DNA of 64,000 nucleotides from Eledone cirrhosa (lineage: Eukaryota). The DNA is taken from positions 310,806,001 through 310,870,000 of the forward strand of contig OZ024741.1 of assembly GCA_964016885.1 (NCBI GenBank), read 5' to 3'. Both the position numbers and the translations under genes were made by a program. This document shows, piece by piece, positions 40,301 through 53,065 of this stretch (position 1 is its first letter; each line of letters opens with the position of its first letter). A model generated the notes under the pieces. That model had not been told where the DNA came from. It made no database searches and saw only the letters and a program-made list of their open reading frames with translations.

Positions 40301-41935
40301 GACTCTCGAGCCATTACTGCACAAACTGGTGACGTTGAGGGGCGTCCCGCGCGAACTAGGATGCGGAAGATCCGTATCAGCATATGTGGACGATGTCACC
40401 ATAGTGGTGTCGAACGCCAAACACATCGAGGCGATCGGCACTACACTCAGAGAATACGAAGCGGTGACAGGAAAAGTCAGTGGCGCTGCAACTCGGCACA
40501 TGGAGAGGCAGGTCCATGCCGTCCAACAGCGTCGTCGGGTGCTGGACGGACGGACCGGTTAAATTGCTCGGGGACTGGTTCGGTCCGGACCTCCAGACGG
40601 ACAAAAACTGGGACGAGGTGACGAGCAGGCTGGCTTCTCTCACCCAGAAATGGGCGGAGAGGAAGCTATCCCTGAAAGGTCGAGCGGAGGTGGTTAACGC
40701 GTACATCACGTCCGTCATCTGCTACCACCTGACCGTCGACCCTGTGGCTTTATGTCGAACACCTGACTGCTCTTATGATTTTTGTGGAAGGGAAGCGCTC
40801 CGATGGTCAGGCGGTCATCTGGTGTCAACACCCGCTACGTGGATGGCTGGGAATGTCTTGGCTGAGGATGCGCAGACACCCGCTCAGGCTACGACATCTC
40901 CACCTCTTCCTCGACGGTGATCAGGTGTGGTCGCCGTTTGCTAGATGCGTCTTTCCCCAGCTCGTCTCCTTGACGGAGCTGCAGACCTGGGTCAAGCGAA
41001 GACCGAGAGGAGGCGCTTGGAGACTGGAATGTTTTCAGGCGCTCACAGCTTTCGACCAATCGAGCAATGTGATCGGTGGAAACTCCACCTCGGCGTTCTA
41101 TAGAGGATTAGTGGAGGGGAAGAGCGACGACGTGATTGGGGAAACTCTAGGACTCGACGAAAATCAACTAGCCAATCTCTTCGGAAGAACTTTCGGGCCG
41201 GGGCCTATGGACAACTTCCAGCAATCTCTTTCCTGGAAGTGCTACCGAGGAGCCTTGCCAATTCGGGTAAACTCTACAGGCATGGAGGTGACGTCAGCCT
41301 GGCATGTCCGAGATGTGCGCAGGGCGACGAAACCGTCCTGCACGCACTCGTCCAGTGTCCGAGAATTGCTGACTTGTGGCTTTATGTCGAACACCTGCTG
41401 TCGAGTGTAGGATTGCCCCGCCCTCTTCCTAGCCGGTAAGGTCAGGCATTTTATATCTGTCTGGTGGCCATGGCGAAAGAGATAGTATTGTGGACACATT
41501 CGAAAGGGCTGAAGACGAGCACTTACCTCTTCGGTGATGCCCTGATTACCATTTTCAAATTTCATTTGAAAAGGAAAATCAGGGTAGAGAGGGAAGTGCT
41601 CTCTTCCCAGCATTTTGTTGAAAGATGGGTGAGAGAAGCAAGAATGGCCCGAGTGAATGTGTCTACTCTGAGTAGGTGTCTGTAAATTAAAGGTGGACAA
41701 CTGTGAGAGGGCACTTGCCCTGGTGATCAGCGTAACTGTGGCCTTTTAATAGGATTTCTCCACAAATGTCCCTCGGAAGCCTCCCCTCTATTGGGAAATT
41801 TTTCATCGTTATTTGTTTGTTACATCCTCTGTTTTTGTGTTTTACACGCAGAAATGCCCATTTGTACCGTCCTGTATTGTCCTGTACTGTCCTTAATGTC
41901 TACTTTATGTAAACCCTTGTGGTTAACAAAGAAAG
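37366..41935 (+). mobile_element. Decayed Tx1 family C (U2)
   Basis: ORF fragments 38522-41685; (TTA)n on both sides. Confidence 0.92.
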
Positions 41936-41954
41936 TATTATTATTATTATTATT

Positions 41955-42035
41955 ACAGTTGCATTTATCTTGCTCTATGTTCATACGAGCAAGGATTCTT
42001 CGCCCGATGTTAACTCTGTTTTCCAGGACTTCATA

Positions 42036-42087
<52 letters not shown>

Positions 42088-42466
42088 GTTCTTTGAGTCT
42101 CAGTCATTGATGTTATTTAACTGGAAAGTTTGTTGAAATGAATATCAAGCTGCTACCTGCAGCCTCAGATATTCAGGACGTATCCTAGCAAGCATGCCTT
42201 TTGAAGTGTTCCAAAAAGTGGGGCTGGACTAATCTTCTTTAACCATCCCTGGAAACTCCTTGAGATAGTACCTAGTGCGCCTATGACAATCGGGACCACT
42301 TTGACTTCATGGCAGTTCCAATTCCTTTTTACCTCCCACTTTAAGTCCTGGTATCGGTTAATTTTCTCCCTCTCCTTCTCTTGCACTCTCGTGTCGAATG
42401 GGCAGGCCACATCCACAATCAGGCACGATCCTTTTTCCTTGTCCAAAACCATCAGGTCAAGTCTAT
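41955..42466 (-). mobile_element. Dong/R4-clade LINE 3' fragments
   Basis: NR.DL.V.DK....LIVDVACPFD......EK..RYQDL..E...W...V.VVPIVIGALG (restriction-like endonuclease motif). Confidence 0.8.
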
Positions 42467-42846
42467 TGTGGATTGGCAGTATGGGTAGAGGGTCGGACGC
42501 CATGCTTTCTAGCATAGTTACGTCCCTTTACAGACTGAGTTCAAATCCCACTGAGGTTAACTTTGCCTTTCATCCTTACGGGGTCGATAAAATAAAGTAC
42601 CAGTAATGTACTGGGAAATTGCTGGCCTTGTGCCAAATGTAGAAACAATTATTATTATTATTATTGGTGGATTGGCAGTATCAGTAGAGGGTCGGACGCC
42701 ATGCTTTCCAGCATAGTTACGTCCCTTTACGATCTGAGTTCAAATCCCGCCGAGGTTGACTTTGCCTTTCATCTTTACGTGGTCGATAAAATAAAGTACC
42801 AGTAATGCACTGGGTAATTGCTGGCCTTGTGCCTAAAGTAGAAACA

Positions 42847-42847
<1 letters not shown>
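42467..42847 (+). mobile_element. Two tandem SINEs in (ATT)n (U2-specific)
   Basis: Copies at ~42467-42649 and ~42665-42847; absent at U1 ~17110. Confidence 0.88.
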
Positions 42848-42887
<40 letters not shown>

Positions 42888-43226
42888 ATTTGCATTTATC
42901 TTGCTCTATGTTCATACGAGCCAACACCAAGTCACAACCCGTGACCTCAAGAGACAACAAGGTCCGCCATGTTCAAGAAAGAACATACATACACACATAT
43001 GCATCTTTAGGTGTTTAGATTTGTGATGTACTTATATTGACAGAATCTTCCTTAGTATATGGGCAGTTCCCATTAGTACTATCCTTTGTAATTCTCCTAT
43101 ACGCGGGTTTCCTGGTATTAGCGATAAGTAATCATTAGACCCCTTAGGTATCTTTCCTAGAGCGCCTACAACCACTGGTATTGTTTTAGTTCTCAATTTC
43201 CACATTTGTCCAATTTCTATTCTCAC
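42888..43226 (-). mobile_element. Dong/R4-clade 3' fragment
   Basis: Copy of 17145-17484. Confidence 0.75.
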
Positions 43227-43285
43227 ATATATGTATGTGCTGTATATAGTAATTATACCAATTAAGTAACAAGTTTATGATATAC

Positions 43286-43417
43286 CTTGGCAACGGTCAC
43301 CAATAAAATCTGCGGCACATCCATCTGAACATGTTCCATGTCGTGTGTCACAATTGCTGTCGTCGATACAATGGCATGTACCATTACAAGCAACACCAAA
43401 CTTTCCTACTGAGCATT
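43286..43417 (-). CDS. EGF-like repeat exon, copy 2
   Basis: (E)CSVGKFGVACNGTCHCIDDSNCDTRHGTCSDGCAADFIGDRCQ(G); AG/GT intact, 132 nt. Confidence 0.85.
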
Positions 43418-43736
43418 CTGAAAATATCAATAAATATGATAATTTTGAAGATATCATTAATTACATACAGATATCAATGACACCATTTTGTACCAAATTT
43501 TAAGATTAAAGCGGTCTTGTGATAAACATATGAACTTGTATACTTATTGAATATTATATCGATCTTCTATAATATATACATGGATTTTTAGTTCAGTCAA
43601 ATGCAATGTTAAAAACATTATGCAAGAAACAAATAATATTATAAGAAAAATAACATATATAATCCTTCAAAATCTTACCATATTCTATCAGTTAATACGG
43701 TATGTGTTTGCGACATTCTTACATTTAAATATGTAT

Positions 43737-43806
<70 letters not shown>

Positions 43807-44174
43807 TGTATCATTATCTATAAAAGGCAGATTGTTGTTGGTATGTGTGTGCATGTTCCATGTTTATACATTTGCACAATTTCAAACCGATTCGACTCAA
43901 CGTCTTTAAGAATGTAGACCATCTACAACATTCTTACAGAATGTTGTATATGGTCTAACTTAGGTCCACGACTATTTATTTCATTCAAACTCACCCACAA
44001 TTACGGAAATAATCGATAAAACTAAATACATGACGCTTTACCGCTCTAATACAATCTAATTTCCTCTCTCTACTCCCCTTAAAATTCGATAAGACTACAT
44101 ACATGCTGCAACTTTCTCTTATATACGCTTAAAGTTACAAACTTCCTTTAGGAACGTCGAAGAAAGAAATTAAG

Positions 44175-44210
<36 letters not shown>

Positions 44211-47200
44211 GAGAGAGAGAGAGAAGAGAGGGAGAGAGAACGTTTGTTTTTGAGTGTGGAACGGTCAAATATTTATTTACTTCAATGACAAAGAGAACTT
44301 ATTACATTTCATACGAAACAACCATTATTCAGAAGCAACAGATAAATTTATTCAACAACAAAAGAAAAAGCGATAAATTTTTTTTAAAACATCTCTCAAC
44401 GAACGTGGAAGAAAGAAGTATCAGTTCATTTACTATACACAATAATATCCTCTATGAGGACACTAAACCTTTTAGAAACAGCAGCTAACTCTCCCCCATA
44501 TCACACCACGCCCTACTTTCTTAAATTTAGAAAACATATCCTCTATTATGTCACTACACCCTCTAGAAACAGAAGCTAATTCTCCCACATATCACACCCC
44601 TCCCTACTGTCTTAAATTTAGAAACTCACATGAGACAACCACGCAGAACAACTCCATCGCAGCTCTGTTGTTCGGCTGACATCGTCTACGCGCGTGTTGC
44701 TCAAGTACTGTGAAACAATAAATTTCAACACATCTTTGCACAGAGATAATATCCATAGGCGAAACTAAAATTGTCACCGCTGGCACAGCGCCTGCTTCGG
44801 CAGTCCAGGTCTGCAATTCATTCATCCAGTGCCTGGGTTTAACACGTGTTAAAGTATTAAGTGTTCATTAAAAATAGGTGCGTAAGGAGTAAAGAATGAT
44901 AGATAACAGAAGACCAAGCAACCGGAAAAATATAACGTTTCCAGAAAATAATAAAAGATATTGCAAATTCTTATAAGTCTCTAAATACAAATTACTAATC
45001 AACAAGCCATGAGAGATAACTGCAGAAAATGAAAGAATCATATTAAGTATGGCATGGATTGATTAGCATGAGATTTTGACAATAGAAATCATTCATCATC
45101 TATATCACATGTAAGTAGCAAACAATTCTGCAAATAAATAGAAAAGTTGTACTTATATACAAAGAGACTATCCTAGTAAAAAGAAGGATATTTTAACGGG
45201 ACACCCACTCATCACTTCTCTCCTATCTAGCACTGAAACCAATAACTGAGATACTGAACAAGACTAGACACGAATATAAATGGTAGGGTAAGACAAATAT
45301 AAATAATTCAAAATGGAAAATCTAAAGCTGCATGCTGCAAACAGAAGGAAATTGAAACACTGGTGGAAAGACTACATAGATTCACAAAGGAATTAAGCAG
45401 AACTTGAGAAAGCGAACATAATCTTTGATGTCCCAATTCGCACAGACGTTAAGATCAAAGACAACTGATCCGATAATATAGGGAAACAACACAAAGAAAG
45501 AGTATTGCCTACTAACTGACGGATATATATATAAGTAGAAAACAAATTACTGGGATAGCCTAGGTAAATTGAATGTTCCCGAAATACGCCGACTTGTTCG
45601 TCAGCTACATCGAAGCTCAAATTTTCTCCCAGTATACTGCACCTACCCCTGAGCTATACGGCCGTTACATCGAGTATTCTATCGGCGTCACTTCTTTCTC
45701 CCATGAACAGCTTGACCCCTCTTTTTCTTTTGTCCAGTCTTTCCAACCCACCCTTACTCCATTATCTCCTTAACTAGGTTTAACTATGTATGCCTAGCAA
45801 GGGCAGAGGGAAAAAAGCAATTGCTCAAGTTCTTCGTCGCAAAGATCCGTTGAAGGAAGTATATCGGATTATAAGAGAGTGTGCTAGAGAAAATCGTGAA
45901 ATGGTCGAAATGGTAGTGGAACACTTACCCTATCTTATGCTGAAAAGAAGGAGACATAGAGTACTTACTATGAGAGACTACTGAACGAAGAGAATAAATG
46001 GGACAGTAAGGGCTTACCGCATGTAGAGCTGACTAAGGGCTCAGCTAAGAAGTTGACAGCAGTGAGATAAATAAAGCAATTAAGGACATGGAGGTAGAGA
46101 AAGCTACTCGTCCATCTGGTATATTTGTTGAGAGGCTAAAAGCACCTGGCATCTGGTATATTTGTTGTATACCTGGCATCTGGTATATTTGTTGAGAGGC
46201 TAAAAGCACCTGGCAGTGAAAGATCTAAACTAGTTATCTTCAGTACGGTATTCGTGTGAACACTCATTATGGTCATGAATCTTGGATAATGACCAAAACA
46301 ATATGATCGTGGATGCAAGCGTCAGAAATGGCTTCCTCCAAAAGGTATTTTGAGTAACGTTACTCAATAGAGTGCGTAGCTCGGAGATCAGGTTTTCCTC
46401 CAGGGAGAGTCGCTACTTCTCCGAATTGAGAGATTACAGATACAATACTATATGAAATTGTTTAGAATGTCTCGGGAAAAAAATCGCTAGACAGATGTTA
46501 CGGGTAAATGCAACCGGTAGGAAGCCCAGTGTCCGCGCAATATGGTTGCATAACATCCATGAGCTCATCTGGTCGAGATTGGGGATAGAGCCGGTCATTT
46601 GGAGAGGGTTACTTCCGACAAACCCACTGGAAGGAATGGTTGAAGACTCTTCCCCCACCCACTACAATCTTAAGAAGAAAGAGAAGAAGAAGAAGAAGAA
46701 GAAGAAGAAGAAGAAGAAGAAGAAGAAGAAGAAGAAGAAGAAGAAGAAGAAGAAGAAGAAGAAGAAGAAGAAGAAGAAGAAGAAGAAGAAGAAGAAGAAG
46801 AAGAAGAAGAAGAAGAAGAAGAATAGTGCCATTGAGTCCCCCTTTATAGTGCGACGACTGCTTGAGAGGTACTTAGTTAAGTGTAAGCCATTGCATCTGG
46901 ATTTTGAAGATAGGGAGAATGCCTTTTACAGGGTCCCATTCTCTGTAATATGGTGGACACTTAGGAAGTTAGATGTATATGAATGTCTTGTGAGAGCATT
47001 GTGGGCCATGTATAAAAAAGCTGGAAGCCAGTAGTGTGATGAAGTGCAGTTCGATGTCCACCGGGGCTCAGTCCTTAGTCCACTCCTATTTGTCACTGTT
47101 CTTCCCTGTTCTTCACGGAGTATTTCAAAACTGGTACTCCGTGGGCGTTCCTATATGCTGATGACCTCTTCCTTAAAATGAATCCGTAGTACGGTAAGGG

Positions 47201-48430
47201 ACAAAACTTGAAACATGTAACAACCTAGAGTTGAAATGCCTAAAACTAGTTGCATAAAATGCAAAAGGGCTAATTACGAAAGAGGACAAGAAGGTGATAC
47301 AATCTGGGAAATGGCTGTGTTCGATATGCCAGAAAATGGAAGATAGCAGCTGAACAAAGAAATGCAGAGCAATCGCAGTGGCTGGAACACAAGCAAAAGG
47401 CAGACTACAACTCTTGTGATGACAAAGGATCACATGGGCTGACGCTATGCGGTGTTAATGAAGACCCGACCAGAATCATAAGATATGACCTGGCCCATCC
47501 ATGAACAAGCCCCATCCTCCTACTATTAGTCCCCCTATCTGTCCACCTCAATGCGGCATCCACTACACATACACCCTCGAGAACCATTCACACACTAAAC
47601 ACATTAGATATCTTCACCATTGGCCAATAGTAGCTGCCTTCTATCCTCATTGTTCACGCCACTCTACTAGCAAACCTTATCCATCACTATACCTTACCCA
47701 TCTCTCTAACACGACCCCAATCTCTATCGACTACACTCTTCGCTAACCCCTCCCCCTCCCGAACACTAATCAGCTATCCCTAATTCATAACCATCCCTAA
47801 CCCCGCTTCATATCTCTCCATCACGCCCCATATCACCACCATGTTGACCACATCTCTCACACCAATACTCCCCATATACTAATCAGCAACTCCTACCCTT
47901 AAGTCATTGGCCTGCCAAAGAAACCCCCACAATCACCTATAACTTCATACTTATCTCCCTCCCTTATTGTCCCTTCTCCATAATTGAGAGGGTTCTGCAG
48001 TTGGATTTATGGTCAACATCCTCAGAGTGGTTGGTGAGAGGAAGTTCACCTGCAGTAGATTCCATACATAAAAGAATTGAGATAACCCTTTAGTTCTTTT
48101 AAAAACACAACCTCCTTAGTTCTGCTGAGCTACACAATAAAAGCAATCAGCACCCACTACAAAGCAGTTGGTGTTACGAAAGGGATACGGTCGTAGAAAG
48201 TTTATTAAACAAAGGGTGAGTAGGACCCTTCAGTTTGTGTATAAAAACACCTTCTCGATATGAACTTGGCCTGTCTGGTAGGTCAATAGCTACGCTTCAG
48301 TAGTAATTTGTTCTATGTAATCCCACCCAACACTTGCTTGCAGATGGAAGCGGACGTCAAATGATGAGGATGATGACATATATCTATGTATACACACACA
48401 CACCCAAAAAGACACACCCACCCACACACA

Positions 48431-48469
<39 letters not shown>

Positions 48470-48474
<5 letters not shown>

Positions 48475-50824
48475 ATACTTTGGGAGGGTCATGTTGTCAA
48501 TAAGAAACACACGCACCAGCTGTTTCACTTCAATTTATTATATATTTATAAATTTATAAATTTACAAACCTATAAATTTCTGGTTGGTTGGTTGGTTCCA
48601 CAACCAGATAGTTGTTTATATATATAGTCATAGTCCTTTCGTCACACACTCTGTGACCTCTTCAGTGACTGGGGATTCCTTTCTTCGTTTCTGTGCCTTC
48701 CCTTTCTTCTATCCTACGCCATTTTGTTTCTGTGTGTGTGTTGTGTGCTCAGTTTGCGCATGCGCCACATCCGGGTGTCTGTGTGTGTTTGTGTTCATTT
48801 TTCTATTTTTCTATTTCTATTTTTCTATTTGTTTATTTATTTATTTATTTATTGTTGGTTGGTTGTTTGTTCTATGTGTGTGTGTGTTTTCATTTTGTCC
48901 TGTGTGTGTTTTCATTTTGTGTGTGTTTTCAATTGTAAGTTGTTTGTTCTATGTGTGTGTGTGTTTTCATTTTGTCCTTAATTGTAAGTTGTGATGTTGC
49001 TGTTCCACTCATATTTTCTATTTAATTTTGGTTTTAATTCTTTTATGCTTACTGCCTCTGTAATTTGCCTAAACATTGCGTCTTTTCTGTGTGTGGATTC
49101 TATTTTTATTTCTATGCTCTCTAATCTACCCCTGTGTTCTATCTTAGCATGTTGGTAGAGCACAGATGATTCTTTATTATCTTGGAGGTCTCGCCAGTGT
49201 TCATTTATTCGTTCCCGTATACTACGAGCTGTCTCACCTATGTACACTATATTTTTGTTTCTACATTGTCCTTCAGTACATCTTATGCTATACACTACAT
49301 TTCTAGTTTTACAGTTAATATGGGGGCTTATTTTACAGGTTATACATTTCTTATCTATACATGAGGCTCTTTGGAACGGGTATGTCTTGCTAATAAGTGT
49401 TTTTACGGAGGTACCAGGTCTTTCTACTATCTTAATATTGAGATTATGTTTATTTAGGGCCCTTCTAAATTTGTAGGCTAGTTCGCCTCTAGGGGTTGTA
49501 TTGATGAACATTACACTCTGGTATTTATTGCTATCATACCATGAGTTTATTCTATTGGCCTTGTTCCTAGTTCTTTCTATTCTATTCCAAAATTTGCTCC
49601 TATACAAGGGGCAGGTCCCATTTATGTCATTATTTACCATTTTTTCCCATTTGGTTCTGGCTCCTTTATACACTCTGATTCTATCTCTCTGATTGTAGCC
49701 AGAGAACTGCATACGGTGGATGAAGTGTTGTATGTGTCTCTCTAGTTCTTCGGGGTTGCACATGCGGGACACATTTTTCATCACCCGTACCAAATCCGCA
49801 ATCAGTATGTTGATTTTGGTATGGTCCGAAATGGCCGAGTTTCGGTGGATCAGATGTTTGGAAGTCATGGGTTTGGCATAATGGGAATGGAGGATTTGTT
49901 TTTGGTTGTTAATGGTATCTAACCAGATCTCTGTGTCTAGTACAGGTAATCGATGGTTGGGGTGTCTACTTGGGTAGTCTATAGTAACTTTAATGCTCTA
50001 GTGGATGGAGTTTGCTATTTGCTGGATGCTTTCCATTGTGTTTTTCTCTAGTTCCTGACTGTTCTTTAGTGGGGGTGTCTTAACTACGATGTTTATATCA
50101 TCTACGTAGCGGGAGTACATTATCAGGGTTAAGCTGTCTTCTAATTGTTCATTAAGTTTTTGTTTAAGTCTACTGTCCCACCATACCATGAATAAGTTAG
50201 CTATGTCGCCTGCAATGCTAACACCAATGGCTGCTCCTTCCTCTTGGGCATATGTTTTACCATTAAATTTGAACATATGTTCCTTAAGGGTTAATTTTAT
50301 GCTGGCCCCTACCGCATGTGCAATCATTTTCTTCAGTTCATCGTGGTTTTCGGGTGTCTGTATGGCTCTGGTCCACCCGTTCCATCTATCTGTGTGGGTT
50401 TTCTTGACAATTGAGGTAATGGTAGGTGGTCTGCCTCTTGCTGGTCTTGTAGGGCACAGGTTGCTAAGGTCATAAGTGTCTAGGTAACTATTACTATGGG
50501 TAAGCTTAAGTAGAAGTCCCAGCTCACTGGTATCAATCCCACGGAACTCAACCTTGCTCTCGCTGATCATTTCTACGCATTTCTCCACAGCAAAATCCAC
50601 ATCGATAGATGGATACAGGGACACAACATCCATACTGCCTATTATGCAGTTTGTTAGGTCCCCAGATCGGTTACTCGCGCCGATTCTGCTGAGGAGGTCC
50701 TCCGTGCTGTCACACACATATGGGGACATCTCAATGACGGGGCGTATGATCAGGGAGAGGAAGTAGGACAGTCTGTAGTTACTAGCAATTTCAGATAAAG
50801 AATCTTGCTAAACAAATTCAGAAA

Positions 50825-50826
<2 letters not shown>
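48470..50826 (-). mobile_element. Penelope-like retroelement (Neptune-like), 5'-truncated, RT plus GIY-YIG
   Basis: GSMDVVSLYPSI, GAAIG, RYVDD, CxxxxCxxC linker, NVVYSI.C..YIGET.R. The two ORFs are in frame and separated only by a TAG at 49998-50000. 3' pLTR with a hammerhead; inverted pLTR tip at ~50785-50826. Confidence 0.92.
48626..48670 (-). ncRNA. Minimal type I hammerhead ribozyme in the pLTR
   Basis: AGUCA-CUGAAGA-gGUCACA gagug UGUGAC-GAAA-GGAC-UA-UGACU. Confidence 0.8.
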
Positions 50827-50888
<62 letters not shown>

Positions 50889-51157
50889 GATAACAAATTA
50901 TCGTTATAGGTAATCCAGTTAGAGGTTCTGAGTACTCTGTATTGTGGATACAGTTTTATTTACAGTATTAAAAATTGTTTCATTGATTAGGATGTCTAAA
51001 GATTGCTAATCACTTGAAATGTCACTAAATCTTAAATAGAGTGAATGCCTAATCAAATCATTGGAATAACTTATTCCAATCAATGAAACAATAATGTAAA
51101 TAAAACCCTTTTTGTACTGTTGAGCATGTTATTCTTCACTCTTTCACTATATATATA

Positions 51158-53065
51158 TATTAATTCATAATATTAACAAAATAGATATTTCAGAGGTACT
51201 TAGTTAATTTGAACAGTACGTCCTCATCAGATAAAATAAGATGATGCATGACATAACCTGACATATTAGATGGTTAATATTCAGTGATGGTAATGATTAA
51301 CATATGAAAAAACTCAATATTTATACCCTAATATTGAGAACATGAGATAACATAATACAAACAATAGAGAGGGTGCGTGTAATACAGATTTAAAAATACA
51401 TGGCATCAATATAACAGTTAACAAATTATTTTTAAAAACTACTGAAGAAAGAGGAGGGAAAGGAAAGCATAGTGGAAGAAACAGCTGATGTGATAATATT
51501 TTTAATAGGTGGCTCGAAAAAACAAATGAAAGATGATTAAAGAGAGAGAGAGAGAGACAAAGGGCAGTAATTTACGGGAAAGAAAATATATAACGCTTTT
51601 ATACCCTCACGAAGGTAATCTTTACCAAAATTATTTATAATATTAACAACCGTTTATATAATATAATTTGTAAAATAATTATAGTTATAATTATTAAAGA
51701 ATTTATTGTTAAATAGTTTGAGTGCCTAAAGGATCAACCGGCCTTATAACTAAACTTAATGATGTCTAAATTTTTAATTATATATATATGTTGATCAAAA
51801 CATATACAACGATTATAGTTTATTATTTGTTTATAATTGAGGTGATACCTTTCAAATATATGTAATATAATACAATAATATAATATAGTAAATAATTTAT
51901 TGAAAATATTGTTCAAACAATATATATAGGTAAAAAATAGTGTTAAAAAATATTGCTAAAAAATTAATGTTTTATATCAATTAAAAAAATTATAATGATT
52001 ATTAGTAATGCTATAATTGTAGTTTTACCTCCAGTTCCATGGAGAGAGAGACCCATATTTGTCGACTATTATGGTTTGTTATATTTATACCTAGATATAT
52101 ATAAAAAAATAAATAAAAGCAAATCTAACTTTCTGAGTCCCCAAAAACATACTCAAAATGAGTAAAATATGTAAAATAAGCAAACGCATAAATGATCCAC
52201 AGTTCAATTATAATCAGTAAATTTACAAGATAAATATCTAAATTATATATTTAAAACAGAGACAGATAAATAAAGATCTGAATCAAAATTATAAATATCT
52301 AAAAAAAACCATAAGGTATGCAAATTTATCAAGTAAACAAGTTATCAAAGGAGTATACTTCATTCGAACATTAATTCTATCATAAATGATTAGAAGATAA
52401 AGTATTATTAAAGTTTGATTAACCGTTATGACTATTTAGGCCCAACAGTTGATAAGAGACGTCAAAAATTAAGGCCTGATTGTTTAGTGTTTTTTCCTGA
52501 CATTTTGCGAGGCTTGGAATGTAGACAAAGCTTTATGAAGACAGTTTGAGAATAATTCACTTTTTTTGTTAATTAGGTTTTCATAATTAGTAATTATTAA
52601 TAGGGTCTCCTTTGTGCAGAGTTTGCAGTTAGTTGATATAGAGGAGTTCGTATATATTTTACTATTACAAAGCTTCGTCCAAAAGATCGAGTATTTTAAA
52701 TTTTCGTCTTTTTCCTCTATAATTTTCGTCTTTTTCCTTTCCCTCCTCTTTCTCCAGTAGTTTTGTTTTATTATTTTTAACTGTTATATTGATGCTATGT
52801 ATTTTTTAAGCTGTATTACACGCACCCTCTCTATTGTTTGTATTATGTTATCTCATGTTCTCAATATTAGGGTATAAATATTGAGTTTTGTCATATGTTA
52901 ATCACTACCATGACTGAATGTTAACCATCTACTATGTCAGGGTATGTCATGCATCATCTTATTTTATCTGATGAGGACGTACTGTTGACCTTAACTCAGT
53001 ACCTCTGAAATATGTACAATACAATATAATTGATTACACGAATATCTATTTTGTTAATATTAATA
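51158..53065. mobile_element. Inverted-arm Penelope-derived element (U2 copy, interior inverted)
   Basis: Same arms and flanks as 23445-25480. Hammerheads at 51186-51238 (stem III and cleavage site deleted) and 52960-53026 (AUA>ACA). Confidence 0.8.

Noticed and set aside
50950-51110. Short inverted repeat (gttttatttacagtatt...aatgtaaataaaac)
   Set aside because: It is real but short and mostly deleted in U1, with no ribozyme core; probably another TE remnant.
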